DNA from: Paramoeba atlantica
Lineage: Eukaryota > Protista > Discosea
Direction: 5' to 3'
NCBI GenBank assembly: GCA_977017575.1
Contig: CDRNVI010000182.1
Location: 1-64,000 of the forward strand
DNA: 64,000 nt
The stretch's first letter is position 1, and every line of letters starts with the position of its first letter. The notes beneath the pieces were generated by a model that was not told the origin of the DNA, made no database searches, and saw nothing but the letters and a program-made list of their open reading frames with translations. Below, one piece after another: positions 40,028 through 52,503 of the stretch. The position numbers and the translations under genes were made by a program.

Positions 40028-42348
40028 CCAAAATAAACCTGATCAAATTGTGCAATATCTTGATGTAATAAATGAGGAAATATATATATATTTGTTCTCA
40101 TTCTCACTTCTAATCTAAAAGATTGAAGAAGAGATAAAAAAAAATGAAAAAATTCACTATGTGAGAATTGAACCTGTTAGATGAATAGATGGTTCTTCCC
40201 CTTCTCCTTATTCTCCTGAGGTTTGAAAAAGAAGTTTTTCAATCCCCCTCCTTTGAAACAAAAATAGAAGACATTATTTGAAAAATAACTTTCTTCAAAA
40301 GAACAATGAACCCCCAGAATTTTCATACTCTCTGGGTGCTAATTTGAAAATTTGTACCCAGAGAGAGTATAAGTCTTCTTGCTTGAGGTCATTTGAGTTT
40401 TGCTTGTATTGCCACTGAACAAGGAAAGAACCAAAATAGTCACTTCTTCAAAAAAGATCAAAAGAAATGAGTTCTCTGTTCAAAAAAAAAATGTGAAAAA
40501 GGAGGTGAAAAGAAAAGATAAAGAAGATAAAAACTAGTAAGAAAAAGAAAGAAAAAAGAACCTTGTGTCCTTACCTCTCACAGCTTAATAGATGGTCTCC
40601 CTGATCCAGTGTCCCCTCAAGGTAAAATGATTTCCATTTCTCTCAAAGTTCTTGTTTCTCAAAAGACAAAGGGAATGCCAAATCAAAGAAAGGTCCCAAC
40701 ATTGAACTGGGGTGAGTCATAAAATAATTAAAGAAATAATTGATATTCTCAAGGATCCACCAGGTCTAATCCTCTTAAATAACATCAAAGAAATAATAGT
40801 GTTGTTTGAACAATATCAAAAGAACTATTTAACTTGTTCATATATAAAACTCCTTACAATCCATTCAATTTGTTTTGCCTTTCTCAATCTTGGGTGTTAA
40901 TCACAAGCACAAAGTGGAGACATTATCATCACAACAAGACACTCCCTCAACAGGTATTCAACAAAACCAAATAACCCATAACCCAAATATCCAACCAAGA
41001 AACAACCACCTCTAAAAACCACCAACAAATAACAAACAACAAAACAATAAAACAACAATCCCCCCACAAACAATGCACAATACTCCAGGAACAACAAAAC
41101 ACAAAATAAAGAAGGGGGGAAAACCTGGTGTGATAACAAGGACAAAACAATAGTGGTGACAACAACTTGCACAGCAGAAAGTGCCTTTGGTGAGAAGGTG
41201 GAAAATCAGAAAGGTGCCAAGTGTATTTTTCTACCCCATCATGAATTCTCCATTATTGTTTGTGTTAAAAACCACCCACTTCTACTCCCTTCATTCAAAA
41301 AGAAAGTCAATCAAAAAATTCAAAATAAAAAACAAAAGGAAAGGGGAAGGAGGAAAGGGAAAAAAAGAAAAAGAAGGAAAAGAGGGGGAAAAACAAAAGA
41401 GATAAGAAGAAAAAAGGTAAAAAAGGGAGAAAAAGGGGAAAGATAAGAAAGAAACAGGAAGAAAAGAAGAAAAAACCTCTGATTGAAAGCAGATCAATCA
41501 AAGAAAAGAACCCTTTTCAATGTAATTCCACTCTTTTCTGATAAGAATGGAAAATGTGGAACACTTTTGTCTCTGTTCTAAAATAAAAGATTAAACAAAA
41601 GAAAAGGAAGGAAGAAAAAAAAAGAAAGAAAAAAAAAAGAGAAAAAACAAAGAAAAAAGAGAAGAAAAAAAAGAAAGAAAAAAAACAAAAAAAAAGAAGA
41701 AAAAAAAAGAAAAAAAAGAACCTCATCTGGTGGGATCTCAAGTCTCCCTGACTCCCTAACTCCTCAGCTCCTCTCTCTCTCTCTCTTTCTCTCTCTTACC
41801 AAGAATTGAATCATCTTCTGGGACATTCCAATTCTTTGAGGGTCCCAAATCGCTGAAAAATGTCAAAGAAGAAAAAAGAATTGTTTGAACAAATCAAAAG
41901 GACTTTTTAATTTGTTCATAAAACTCCAAAACATCACCACAAAATCCCTTCAATTGTTCTGTCTTTCTTGTTTTTTGGTTATATTGTCATCTAACAGAAA
42001 AAGAAAAAAGAAAAGAAAGAAAAATTAGTTTTCCAATTAAAAAAAAACAAAGAAAAACAAAGAAAAGAAAAAAAACACATTACAAAACACCCAACAAAAT
42101 AAAGGTTTTTGATCTTAAGAAAAAGAGAACAAAAAAAGAAAGAAAAAGAAAAAGAAAAAAAGAAAAAAATACATTTGAACAAGATTCGTGAGTTGAGTGG
42201 TCATGTGAATGAATTCTTACTGAAATACCTACAAAGAGAAAAGAAAGAAAGAAGAAAGAAAGAAAAAAGAAAGAAAGAAGAGGGAAAGAAAGAAAGAAAG
42301 AAAGAAGAGGGAAAGAAAAGAAATAAAAAAAAAAAATATTATGAAAGG

Positions 42349-42389
<41 letters not shown>

Positions 42390-45300
42390 GAGAGGGAGAG
42401 AAGAAAAAGAGAAAGAGAGAGAAAAGTGAGAGAGAAAAGAGAGAGAGAAAGAAAGAAAAGAAAAATAATCATCAGAACAGTATAATTTATCCAAAAAATA
42501 ATCAGAAGAAAAAAAAGAAAAAAAAGAAAGAAAAAGAAAAGAAAAACATTTGAAGAAGATCAGAGGGTGTGCAAAATTAATTCAACAGGCATTGCCCACT
42601 GAGATAGTTGTCCGCCAAAAGCCTTTTTTAACAAATAATAGAGAGAAGAGAGAAGAGAGAAGAGAGAGAGAAAGAAAAAGCGGAAGAGAAAGAGAAAGAG
42701 AAGAGGAGAAGAGAGAGAGAGGAGAGAAGGAGAGAAGGAGAGAAGGAGAGAAGAAGAAAGAGAGAGAAGAATTAAATATGATAAAATTATTAAAAGAATA
42801 ATAAAAGAAAGAAAAAAAAAAATAATAAAATAATAAAATAAAATAAAAATAAAAATAAAAATGAAAATAAAAATAAAAATAAAATAAAAATAAAAATAAA
42901 ACAAAATAAAAAATAAAAAATAAAAAAAAAAACATGATTTGGACATGAAGATTTTCAATTTCTAATGGAACAGCCCTCTCAAAGTATTGTCAGAAAGATC
43001 ACTAGAAAGAGAAGAGAGAGAAGAGAGAGGGAGAGAAAAGGGGAGAGAGAAAGAGAGAGAAGAATGAAAAAGTTAAAAGAAAAAGAAAAGAAAAAAAAGA
43101 AAAAGAAAAAGAAAAAAGAAAAAAGAAAAAGAAAAAGAAACAAATAAAACAAGAGAAGAAAGGAGATAGTTGTTTGCCAAAAGCCTTTTTTAACAAATAA
43201 TAGAAAGAGAGAAGAGAAAGAGAGAAGAGAGAAGAGAGAGAGAAAGAAAAAGCAGAAGAGAAAGAGAAAGAGAAGAGGAGAGGAGAGAGAGAGGAGAGAA
43301 GGAGAGAATGAGAAAGAGAGAGAAGAAGAAGAAGAGAAGCAAAAAAACAGAGGTTGTGTGTTGCTCACCCTCCTCTCCCATTCTCTCTCCCCCCCCCCCA
43401 AGAACCCCCCCCTCTTGCTCTTCCATTTTTTGTTTTCCATTGTGATTGTGGGTATTTATAATTTTTTTTCATACTCTCTGGGTTCAAATTTTCAGATTCA
43501 CATCCAGAGAGTATGAAAAATCCAAATGAAAAAAACACAAAAACATTGTCCTCCCAGATGAAATCTTCCAATCTCACAAACAAAAGGGAAAAAGAGAGGA
43601 ACTAAAAAAAAGAATTACCCTCAAGAGAGAGAAAAGACAAAGGGGGAAAACAGCAGTGAGAAAAAAAAGAAAAAAAAAACAAGAAAAAAAAAGGGAAAGA
43701 CAAAAGAAAGAAAAGAAAAAAGGAGAAAAAAAACAGATGGAGAAAAAAGAAAAAAAGAAAACCCAAGAAAAGAAAAAAAAGGAAAACTCAAAAAAACAAA
43801 AAAAGGGAGAAAAAGGAAAAAGAGAAGAGAAGGAGGAAAAAACCTCTTTTCTTGATCAGCTAGAATGCCCCTCTCCCCTCTCCCTCCCATGAAACATCCC
43901 CCCCCACCCCCCACCCCTCCTCAAAAAATTATCATCATGATATTTGTGGTTGATTCTATCACCATCCCTTTTAACCCCCCCCCTCTCCCCTCTCCCTTTG
44001 CATTCCCCCCTTTTACTCCCTCTCCCCCCATCACCCACTCCACAGAAAAAGGCAGTTGTTCAAGTCAGTTTGGAAGCTCCCTCAATGGAGGTCACATTGA
44101 GTGGAAAAGAGAATGAAAAAAAGGAAAAAAAGAGAGGAAGGGGAACTGAAGAGGTCGGAAGAAGAAAACTGAAGAGGGTGAAAAGGAGAGAAGAGGAAGG
44201 AAGAAAAAACGAAGAAAAAAAAACAACCAATTATCAAGCTGACAAAGAGCATCTTTTTGCTCTTTCTCTTTCCCGAAAAATTAAGGGATCTAAATCAGCG
44301 GCTCAATGCTTTTTTTTTGTTTTGTGAAAAAGAGAGAAGAGAGAGAGAAAGAAAGAGAGAGAGACTTTGTTCGGTAAAAGTTTGTGTTTGGGTTGAATTC
44401 AAGGGATCTCCTCTTTTTCCTTTGGTTTTTTTTTTGACTTTTCATGGTTTGTTTCTTTTGTTTCTTTTGTTTCTTTTGTTTCTTTTGTTTCTTTTGTTTC
44501 TTTTGTTTTTCTTTCTTTCCTTTCCTTTTTTTTTTGTCTTTTTGGATTTTTGTCTCAACCTTCCAAAGATTGTTCTGAGGTTTTCTTTCTTTTTTTGTCA
44601 TTTCAAACTTTTCAAACTGCTGTTTTTAATTTTTTTCTCTTTTGAATGTATTTTGGTGACCCCCCAAAAAATCATATTTGAAGTGGAGACAAGAAAGAAA
44701 AGAGAGAAAGAGGCGGGGAAAAAAAAAAGGATTGTTGCCTTTTCAAAAAGTAATTGTTAGATTCAATAAAAATCAATTTATTATTTTAAAGAGCAAGTGA
44801 GTGGGTGATGTTCCCACCCCCCCTCACTCCTCTTTTTTTGTTGTTTAAAATCAAATTGTTTTGTTGAGAGAAATAAGAATGAAAATTTTTTTTGTGACCC
44901 CACAGAGTGGCACAAAGAACACACTCAAATTCAAAGGCTTGTTGTGTTTCTCCTTGTCTTCTTCAGAGTTATTGAGCACTTCAGCCACATTGAACATTGT
45001 ATTGAGAGCCTGTATCAGTTCAAAGCCTTAGCCTTCTCACACAGGCTTGGTAAACTTGATTGGGGATTCTTGGCGCTTTGTGGACAAGTCACATTATTGG
45101 TAAAACAGGATTCCAGAAGGAAGTTGGAAATCACAAGGGACCAATTCCCACCACATTTCCCCAAATCCAAAAATTTCGCTTTGTATCAAATTTCGAATAC
45201 CTCATGCCATCCAAAACATCTTCCTCCTCTTCAAGTTGCCCCAAGTGCTTGTTGAAGACCATCTAGGATAAAGAGGGGGTCCACAGTGCCTCAGTCACCA

Positions 45301-45939
45301 TCTCCCAACTAATTGAATCCAGCAAGGGAATATGGAGCTTTAGATTATCTCCAAGTTCCTTCACATTTGACCCAATCTTCTGGGTCCAACTTATCTTTCG
45401 CTTCTTGACAGAATTGAAGATACTTCTTTCAGAGCAGCAAAGTTGTAATCCTTCACCAGCTTTTTAAGGCTCTCTTTCTGCGACTTGTTGTAGACTGAAG
45501 TGGGACATGGGGTGCTTTAAGACAACAGGTCGATATTTGAGAGATCTGCCTCTTCATGGCCAATAACTCTCCACTCAAAGTGTTGGTAATCACTCTGAAG
45601 TTCTTCAAAGCTTGGAGCTTCCTCCTTTCCTTTTCCATGGATATATGAGACCTCTTTTCTGATACCAAAATTCAAAGGAAACAAGTTTGGGATTGACACA
45701 ATGTAAAACACCAACCAGACACAGACTGTTTGGGGGGGGGTCAGGGTTTCCAAAACACTCTGCACCTTTATTGCTCTCCAAATTGTCCTGTGCAAGGATG
45801 TCAAAAAACCAGATTGAGGAATTTTGTTGTACACAGCCACACACTCTTTGAGGATTATTTGAGAGACCACAGAATAGATGCTCTGTTCACTGTAATGAAA
45901 TAATTGACAATTTTCTTTGGGAGATAATTCCTTAATTTA

Positions 45940-47003
45940 GAGAGCTAAATAAAATGAGTTGTACTCTTTCACCAATGGTGGGGGTTGAAAGGTTGAGAAA
46001 GAACGATATCATATTTGCTGTGAAAGAGAAGCTGGGAGAAGAGACTTTGAAGGAGATTCTAAATTTTTTGGAATCTCAAAAACCAAAGCTTTGGAGTGAA
46101 CAGAGATCTTCTGGTTTTGCTGTGTCTGTGTATCATCTTGTAATGTACAAGGATCTATTTGCGGTTGGGATGGGCAAACTCTGAAAAAAGGTGCACAATT
46201 GGCTCCCAATGGGCCAAAAAGCAATCCAACACAACAGTTCGAGTTGTTTGCTTCGAGTTGCTAAAGTGGACAAAAACAATCTTGGTCCCAAGCACCCTTT
46301 CTCATTTGCAGAGAATGGCCCAAAGAACTGAATGACCACCACCATGCCAATCTGACTGTTTATGAATGGATTCATCTGATTTTAAAATTAAAGGGCCCAA
46401 CAGACAGTTTGCAAGAAGTGGAGGGCAAAATAGTACTCACACAAACTTAAAGCTCCTGGTTGGTGGTGGGTGACACTTCACAATGCAAAAGGTGGGGCTG
46501 AATGGGTTAGTGGGATCCATTCACCAAAAGAATCTGATGGAGATATCACTATTTTTTATGCGAATCGACTTGATGACCTCTTTTCTGGGACCACACATCA
46601 TTGCAGACAACCACTTTCGAGCAGCAACAAAATTTTTCGATAAGTTGGTGTTGGTCACAAACAAGTCAAACGCTGGAAGGCCTTGAATAATCCATGGAAA
46701 GAGAGTTCCCCATTCATTGAGTGCTGAGGATCAAGAGAAAAATGAAGCAATTGCATTTGTAAGAGGAAAAGTTGAGTCACTGTATAGTTGGTGTAAACAG
46801 ACTTTTGCTGCTCTCTCTCACCCCTTCTATGAAGATAAAGACCAACATAATTGTTTGATTAACTTTGCTCTGGCTTGTTATAAAAAATTAGTTAATTCTT
46901 ATTGTCCCTCTCCAGTTATTTTTGATTGCCCAAGTCAATCACTGAAAAAGTGACTTTTCCGACTCTCCACTTCAGAGAGTATAAGTCATTTATTTTAGAC
47001 CCC
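45940..47003 (+). mobile_element. Compact IS5/ISL2-Harbinger-type element with one frameshifted DDE_Tnp_4-like transposase (45954-46953)
   Basis: MDSSDF, YSHKLKAPG, WVSGIHSPKESDGD, IIADNHF, NEAIAFVRGKVESLYSWCKQTF; imperfect 18-bp TIRs (13/18) flanked by TA. Confidence 0.7.
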
Positions 47004-48035
47004 TAAAAAAAGGGGATTGTCTCCCTTTGGAATTTCCACAATCAACAAAGGTGGTAGCAGTTTGGTGTGCAAACCTTCTTTTCTTGAATGGTGGCTTTGC
47101 TTCAAAGTGGTTGCAACAGACTGCCCCATCACTTTCACACAATCCTCTTCTCTGACTCCTCTTGTAGACTTCTTCCTCAATTGAGCTCTTGCTATCTCCT
47201 CTCTCCTGACAACGGTTGGTGGAGATTTAAAATCCAAAGGTGAAAGGTTGAGTTTCTGGTGAGCAACATTTTGTAATTACAACACACACATCCTCAAGGA
47301 ATACATTGTTATGAGCGCAATCAATGTTTTAAGCAATTGGTCGGATTGAGTCTTATCTTCCTTGGCACCTGGGATGGCTCTCATGATATGTAGGATGTTG
47401 GACATTGCCTGAAGATGCTCCTCAGTCGCAACTGCTCCCAGCCTTCAGTTCACCATCCTTCTGTATGTACTGCCAGATGTCTGTTGGGATTTTGGACACC
47501 ATTTCCCCAGGGATTTTTGCCAGGTTTTCAACTGCTCTTGAATATCCTCATGCATGAAAGCAACCTCACACAAATTTCCACCTGTTATTCATTAAGTTCT
47601 TTGATCATTCCTGCTGGTGTCACATCATCATGAATCAGCCAAGAAACTGGTTTGTAGAGCTCCCTTGTCTTGTTGTCAAACAGAGTGATATTCTGCTTTG
47701 GCTCATCAGTTTTTGAAATTTGAGTCTTTAAACCTTCAATTGTAGTCTGATGTGTTCCTTGAGTGTTGCATCCTGGGCTGCCAATTGTTTTTGTTGAAGA
47801 TGGGGTATCTGGGTGAGATCATATCTTCTCTGCTCTGAGTTCCACCATTACATGATTTCAAACCTGTAAAAATTGAAAAAAGAAAGTGGATGAAGATTGT
47901 GTTGCTGTGTTTTCATTGACTTGTACTTTTCACTGAACCTGATGAATTTCATAACTTTTCTCAATGTCAAAAATTGAAAACAAGTCAATAAACTCCACCC
48001 TGATTCAAAAAAAAAATCAAAAGACAAAAAAAAAG

Positions 48036-48108
48036 TGCTCCTGGTGAGGATTGAACTCACAACCTTCAGATTATGAGACTGACGCTCTACTGACTGAGCC
48101 ACGGAAGC
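48036..48108 (-). tRNA. tRNA-Met(CAT), elongator type, with CpG-type lesions (likely pseudogene)
   Basis: GCTTCCGTGGCTCAGTCAGTAGAGCGTCAGTCTCATAATCTGAAGGTTGTGAGTTCAATCCTCACCAGGAGCA; D-loop GG lost; C6/A67 mismatch. Confidence 0.85.
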
Positions 48109-49309
48109 CAATGTCCATGTTCAAACTCTGTTTTTTTGTGAAGTCATCAAACTCAGAAAAGCCATCATATCATCACTGGTTTCTATGATAACTTATGTGC
48201 TTTAAACACAGGCTCTTGAAATAAAATGCTCCTCAACATTCTCAAATTGCTTGAACAATTCCTGAAGTGGTTTTGCCTGATGATGACAGGACTGTAAACC
48301 ACCTTTTGAGCCATAATCTTTAGTAGAGGAATGGAGCTGTAATTTTTCAAGATCCAGCAACAAAATACTGACTTAGCAAGGGGAAACCATTACAAAATGC
48401 CATCCCTGAGCACAACCAACCCATGCAATGCTCTACAATAGAAAAGTTTGGAACTTTGGAAGTTTGACAAAAAAGTTGGCCCCTTCCTATCAACAGCAGT
48501 GTCATCTTCATATTGTTTGATTCCCCAACCAAAAGTTTTTGTGTTTTCCCACCAGAGCACTTCAAAGTCCCTTTTCCAAATTGCAGTATAAAGAGGAGCA
48601 AGTTTGACTTTCAGATTCTCCACCTTACTAAGGTGGTGCTCTGCCAGCTATGGAACCACTTGTTTTAAAAAAAAGATTTTTTTTTAGTGGCCACTGGGAC
48701 TTGATCAGTTCACAATTGAAAGAAGAGCTGAAAGAAAAGATAAATCAAAAAAATCAAAAAAACTTTATCAACTTTAAAAAATAAGAAAACATAAAAAACA
48801 AAAACAAATCAAATCCAATTTGAAAGAGAAGATCAAGGCACAGCAAGAGAATACAACTTGTCTTGAATAATTGACAAATACTGGTTGTGATTGGACAAAA
48901 CTTTATCAATTGAGAATCTCAAAAAACTGACAGAAAGAAAAAAAAAGAATATGCAACAAAGAAGAAGGAAAAAAAAAAGAAATAAGAGAGGGGGAAAAAG
49001 AAAGAAGAAAAGAAAGATTAGAGAAAAAGAAAGGAAAGAAAAGGGAAAGGGAAAGGGAAAGAGAAAGGGAAAGGGAAAAGGAAAAGGAAAGGAAAAAGGA
49101 AAAAGGAAAAAGGAAAAAGGAAAAAGGAAAAAGGAAAAAGGAAAAAGGAAAAAGGAAAAAGGAAAAAGGAAAGGAAAAAGAAAAAAAGGGGAAAAAAAAA
49201 AAGGGAAAAAAAAAAAAGGGAAAAAAAAAAAAGGGAAAAAAAAAAGGGAAAAAAAAAAAAAAGAAAAAAGAAAAAAGAAAAAAGAGGAAAAAAAAAAATG
49301 AAAAACAAA

Positions 49310-49381
49310 TGCCACCACCGGGAATCGAACCCAGGTCTCAGGAGCCACAATCCTGCACTCTGCCAACTAAGCTATGGCAGC
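49310..49381 (-). tRNA. tRNA-His(GTG) with several stem positions reading TG where CG would pair (possible pseudogene)
   Basis: GCTGCCATAGCTTAGTTGGCAGAGTGCAGGATTGTGGCTCCTGAGACCTGGGTTCGATTCCCGGTGGTGGCA. Confidence 0.85.
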
Positions 49382-49596
49382 ATGTTTTCAAAAAAAGAAA
49401 AAAATGAAAAGAAAACACTTCTGGGAATTAGGTTCTGGCCCCTGTGTTTTGGGGGAAAAAAAATACCAATAAAAAAGAGACACTGATAAAGAAGGGTGTT
49501 ACAATTTTTATGAGTTTTTCCAAGCTTTTTCAAACAAGATATGAACATTATGCTCTTGAACCCCTGCAAGAGAAAAAGAAGGAGAGAAGAGAAAGA

Positions 49597-49601
<5 letters not shown>

Positions 49602-49629
<28 letters not shown>

Positions 49630-50915
49630 GGTGACTGTTATCCACTTTTGTGAGAAAAACCTTACTGGAATTTTTCAATTATCTATTATTCAGATCCAAT
49701 AGGCTTAGTACTAACCCACTAAGCAGTCTCGATTGGCCAGGTGGGCACCCTTTGCCACCAATTTTCCCTCTAAGAGTAGAAAACCAGCTTTAAAATTGCA
49801 GGAGGGTAGTGTGGGAGTTTCACCCACTAAAAAACTCACTTTATCTCCAAGTAGATAACCCTTTTTAGACTCCATTACCCCATTTAAAAAGGTGTGCTTG
49901 GGCAGTACCTGCCCCGCCATACCATTTCTGGCTTCGGCCCGCCTGAAATATAAATATACTTCCATAAGAAATCCCCTCATAGGCACAAAGATGATTTAAA
50001 TCTTAGTTAAAACACCTTCTTCATCTTACATTTTACTCTTTTCATCATTGTGAAGAATAATAAAAGAGGGTAGATCTTTTGTCACATTTGCTTATTCTTA
50101 ATGATCATAAAGAGGAAAAACCTCCACCTAGAATTTAGAGGGAGGTTTTCTCAACTCACCAAATCTTTACATAGCACACATCTTTATCAGAGTTTATTGC
50201 TCATTATTCCTTTTTGGTTGAATGTTCTTTTTGAAAGGAAGAATTTATCTTTTTAGTGAAAACCTTTAATAATATTTTGAAAAAGAGTATAAAGGGATGC
50301 AGAAAAAGATGTCTTTCATTTAATAAAAAAAATCAATCCTTTATTTATTGAAAGAAAATAAAGACCAGTCTAATAAAACAATATGAATTCTTTAAAGATC
50401 TAAAATATTTGTTTTATTCATTGATTTCCATTCTTTTCTGATGAAATAAAACAGTTTTGAAATATCCAACAAATCAACTTTGGAATTACACTGAGAAGAA
50501 TAACTAATAAACTTCTTACAAAATAAAGGGTAAAGATTTCTCTTTATGGTTGTCTCTTAAATTATCAGGAGTCATTTTAGAGACACTCTTAAGCATCCTT
50601 CTTATTTCAAGAGCAGAATTGATTAACCTGGAGTTAATCATCAACATAAGATGGTTGAATTAACATTTAGTGCACTAGAAAAAACTCTAGATTCATCTTT
50701 AGGCCCATGAAGAGGGAGATTCAAGGAGCTTTCAAGGAAAGAAATCTTTCCCAAAAAAGGAAATTCAGACACAGAAAAGATCCAGATTCCACCCTAGAGC
50801 TTTCATTTAATAAAAAAAATCAATCCTTTATTTATTGAAAAAAAATAAAGACAAATATAGAAAAACAACAAATAAAGATTGTCGGATATACTCAACCCTC
50901 AAGTAAAATTGATTG
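49602..50915 (-). mobile_element. Decayed LINE remnant(s) with poly(A) tail
   Basis: T28 tract then GGTGACTG; minus-strand SYVDD at 50637-50651 followed by NLRDNHKEKS; GLSISDNL-like motif at ~50877-50900. Confidence 0.55.
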
Positions 50916-50966
50916 AACGAAAAAAATGAGAGGGGAAGAAGAGAGGGATGAGGGAGGGAGAGGGAA

Positions 50967-51117
50967 TTTTTTTTTTTTTTTTTTTTTTTTTTGGTGACTG
51001 CTGGGACTTTATCAGTTCACAAAGAAGGAAAAAACCTTACCAGAATCTTTTTTACCGATTGACTATTCTAATGTAGCCCTAACAGTTTTTCTCAACTCAG
51101 TAAAGAGCGTCATCCAT
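50967..51117 (-). mobile_element. 151-bp 5'-truncated retroelement 3' end with poly(A) and 14-bp TSD
   Basis: GGAGGGAGAGGGAA at 50953-50966 and 51118-51131; 3' end CAGTCACC(A)n shared with the 49602 element. Confidence 0.8.
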
Positions 51118-51214
51118 GGAGGGAGAGGGAAGTAAATATATCTATTACCTCAAGTTAAAAATAAGTAAAAAAGAAAAAATAATAAAAAATAGTTATTATT
51201 TTTTAATTAAAAAA

Positions 51215-51770
51215 CCAAATCGCTCGAACTAAAAGGGCTTAATCTCAGAGGATCGTAACAACAAGGTTACTCAACCTCTTACAATTCCCCGTTCGTATTT
51301 AAGTCGTCTACAAAGGATTTGTATTTTCCTGAATTATTTTGGAATTCTTTTCCAGGGTTCGTAGGATGAAAAAGCGATGACTCGAGCTTCTAAACCTGGC
51401 AACCCCACACCACTATTCTAAAATTGAATAGAGTTTTTAAGGTATTGGATACTAAAAGGTAAAACACCAACATTCATTAACCCCGAAGAATCAACAAATA
51501 GAAAATATTCTATGCTATGCATCTTCTAGTATCTATTGTTACTCATGTAAAATAACAGGAAAACGAAATAAATTTCAAAGTTGTAATGGGGTGTCATCGT
51601 TTAATTAGCAAGGATTCTGGCTTAGAGGCGTTCAGCCGTAATCCGACAGATGGTAGCTTCGCAGCACTGTTTGATCAAACAACTGCATTTACCAATTATC
51701 TGAACGAACGGTTCCTCTCGTACTGAGTTCGATTACTATCACGAAAACAAAAGAAATGTAGTCAATTCAT

Positions 51771-51825
<55 letters not shown>

Positions 51826-51867
51826 ATTAGTGGGTGAACAATCCAACACTTGGCGAATTCTGCTTCG

Positions 51868-51905
<38 letters not shown>

Positions 51906-51918
51906 AACGTCGCTTCGA
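51215..51918 (-). rRNA. 28S rRNA copy 2, 3' segment
   Basis: Antisense motifs GAAGAGCCGACATCGAAGGATCAAAAAGCAACGTCGC, CTAAACCCAGCTCACGTTCCC and GGCTTAATCTCAG. Confidence 0.93.
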
Positions 51919-51921
51919 TGC

Positions 51922-52349
51922 TTTTTTTTTCTTTTTTTTTGAAACAAACTTTATTTAATTAGTAGTTTTTAATCTAAACCATTTGAATTATATTAAATTA
52001 TGTTTGTTTTTAACCTTTTAATAAGAAATGAAGTTTTAAACTTCAATTTAGTTTAGTTATTCTTTATATTGAACTTTAGAACTTCTACAAGTTTAGAATA
52101 AAGAATGTATATCAAAAAAAAAAATAATTTAAAGTTCTTTCCAAAGAAATTTATTCTCAACTTTTTAGCAAATAGAGTTGAAATGTAATTTGTTCTGATT
52201 TTCACACTTTTTTAAAAGTTCTTCATTTTAATTAAATCACTCTATAACACTAAAAAAATTTTTTATAATATTAAAAAAACTAAAATTTGAACTTACACCC
52301 TTAAGATTAAACATAATCAAATTTACAACTAAACTATAAGCATTAATTT
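51922..52349 (-). mobile_element. Full-length hypermutated copy of the 17360-17782 SINE-like element
   Basis: Colinear end to end; first 70 nt show 24 differences (14 C>T, 9 G>A, 1 G>T) and no indels; A-rich tail. Confidence 0.92.
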
Positions 52350-52503
52350 ATAAAAAAATAAAAGATTAAATTTTATAAATTATATTTTTTATTGATTTAA
52401 CAAAAATAGCTAAATTATTAGCAAAGTATAATTAAAAAAATACAAATATTGAAAAATAATAAATAAAAATAACAAAATATACTCAACCCTTAAGTAAAAT
52501 TTA

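Noticed and set aside
42600-43310. ~150-bp direct repeat (42600 and 43163) and ~70-bp repeats at 19860/20150/41500
   Set aside because: Ordinary local duplications in low-complexity DNA, with no termini or structure.
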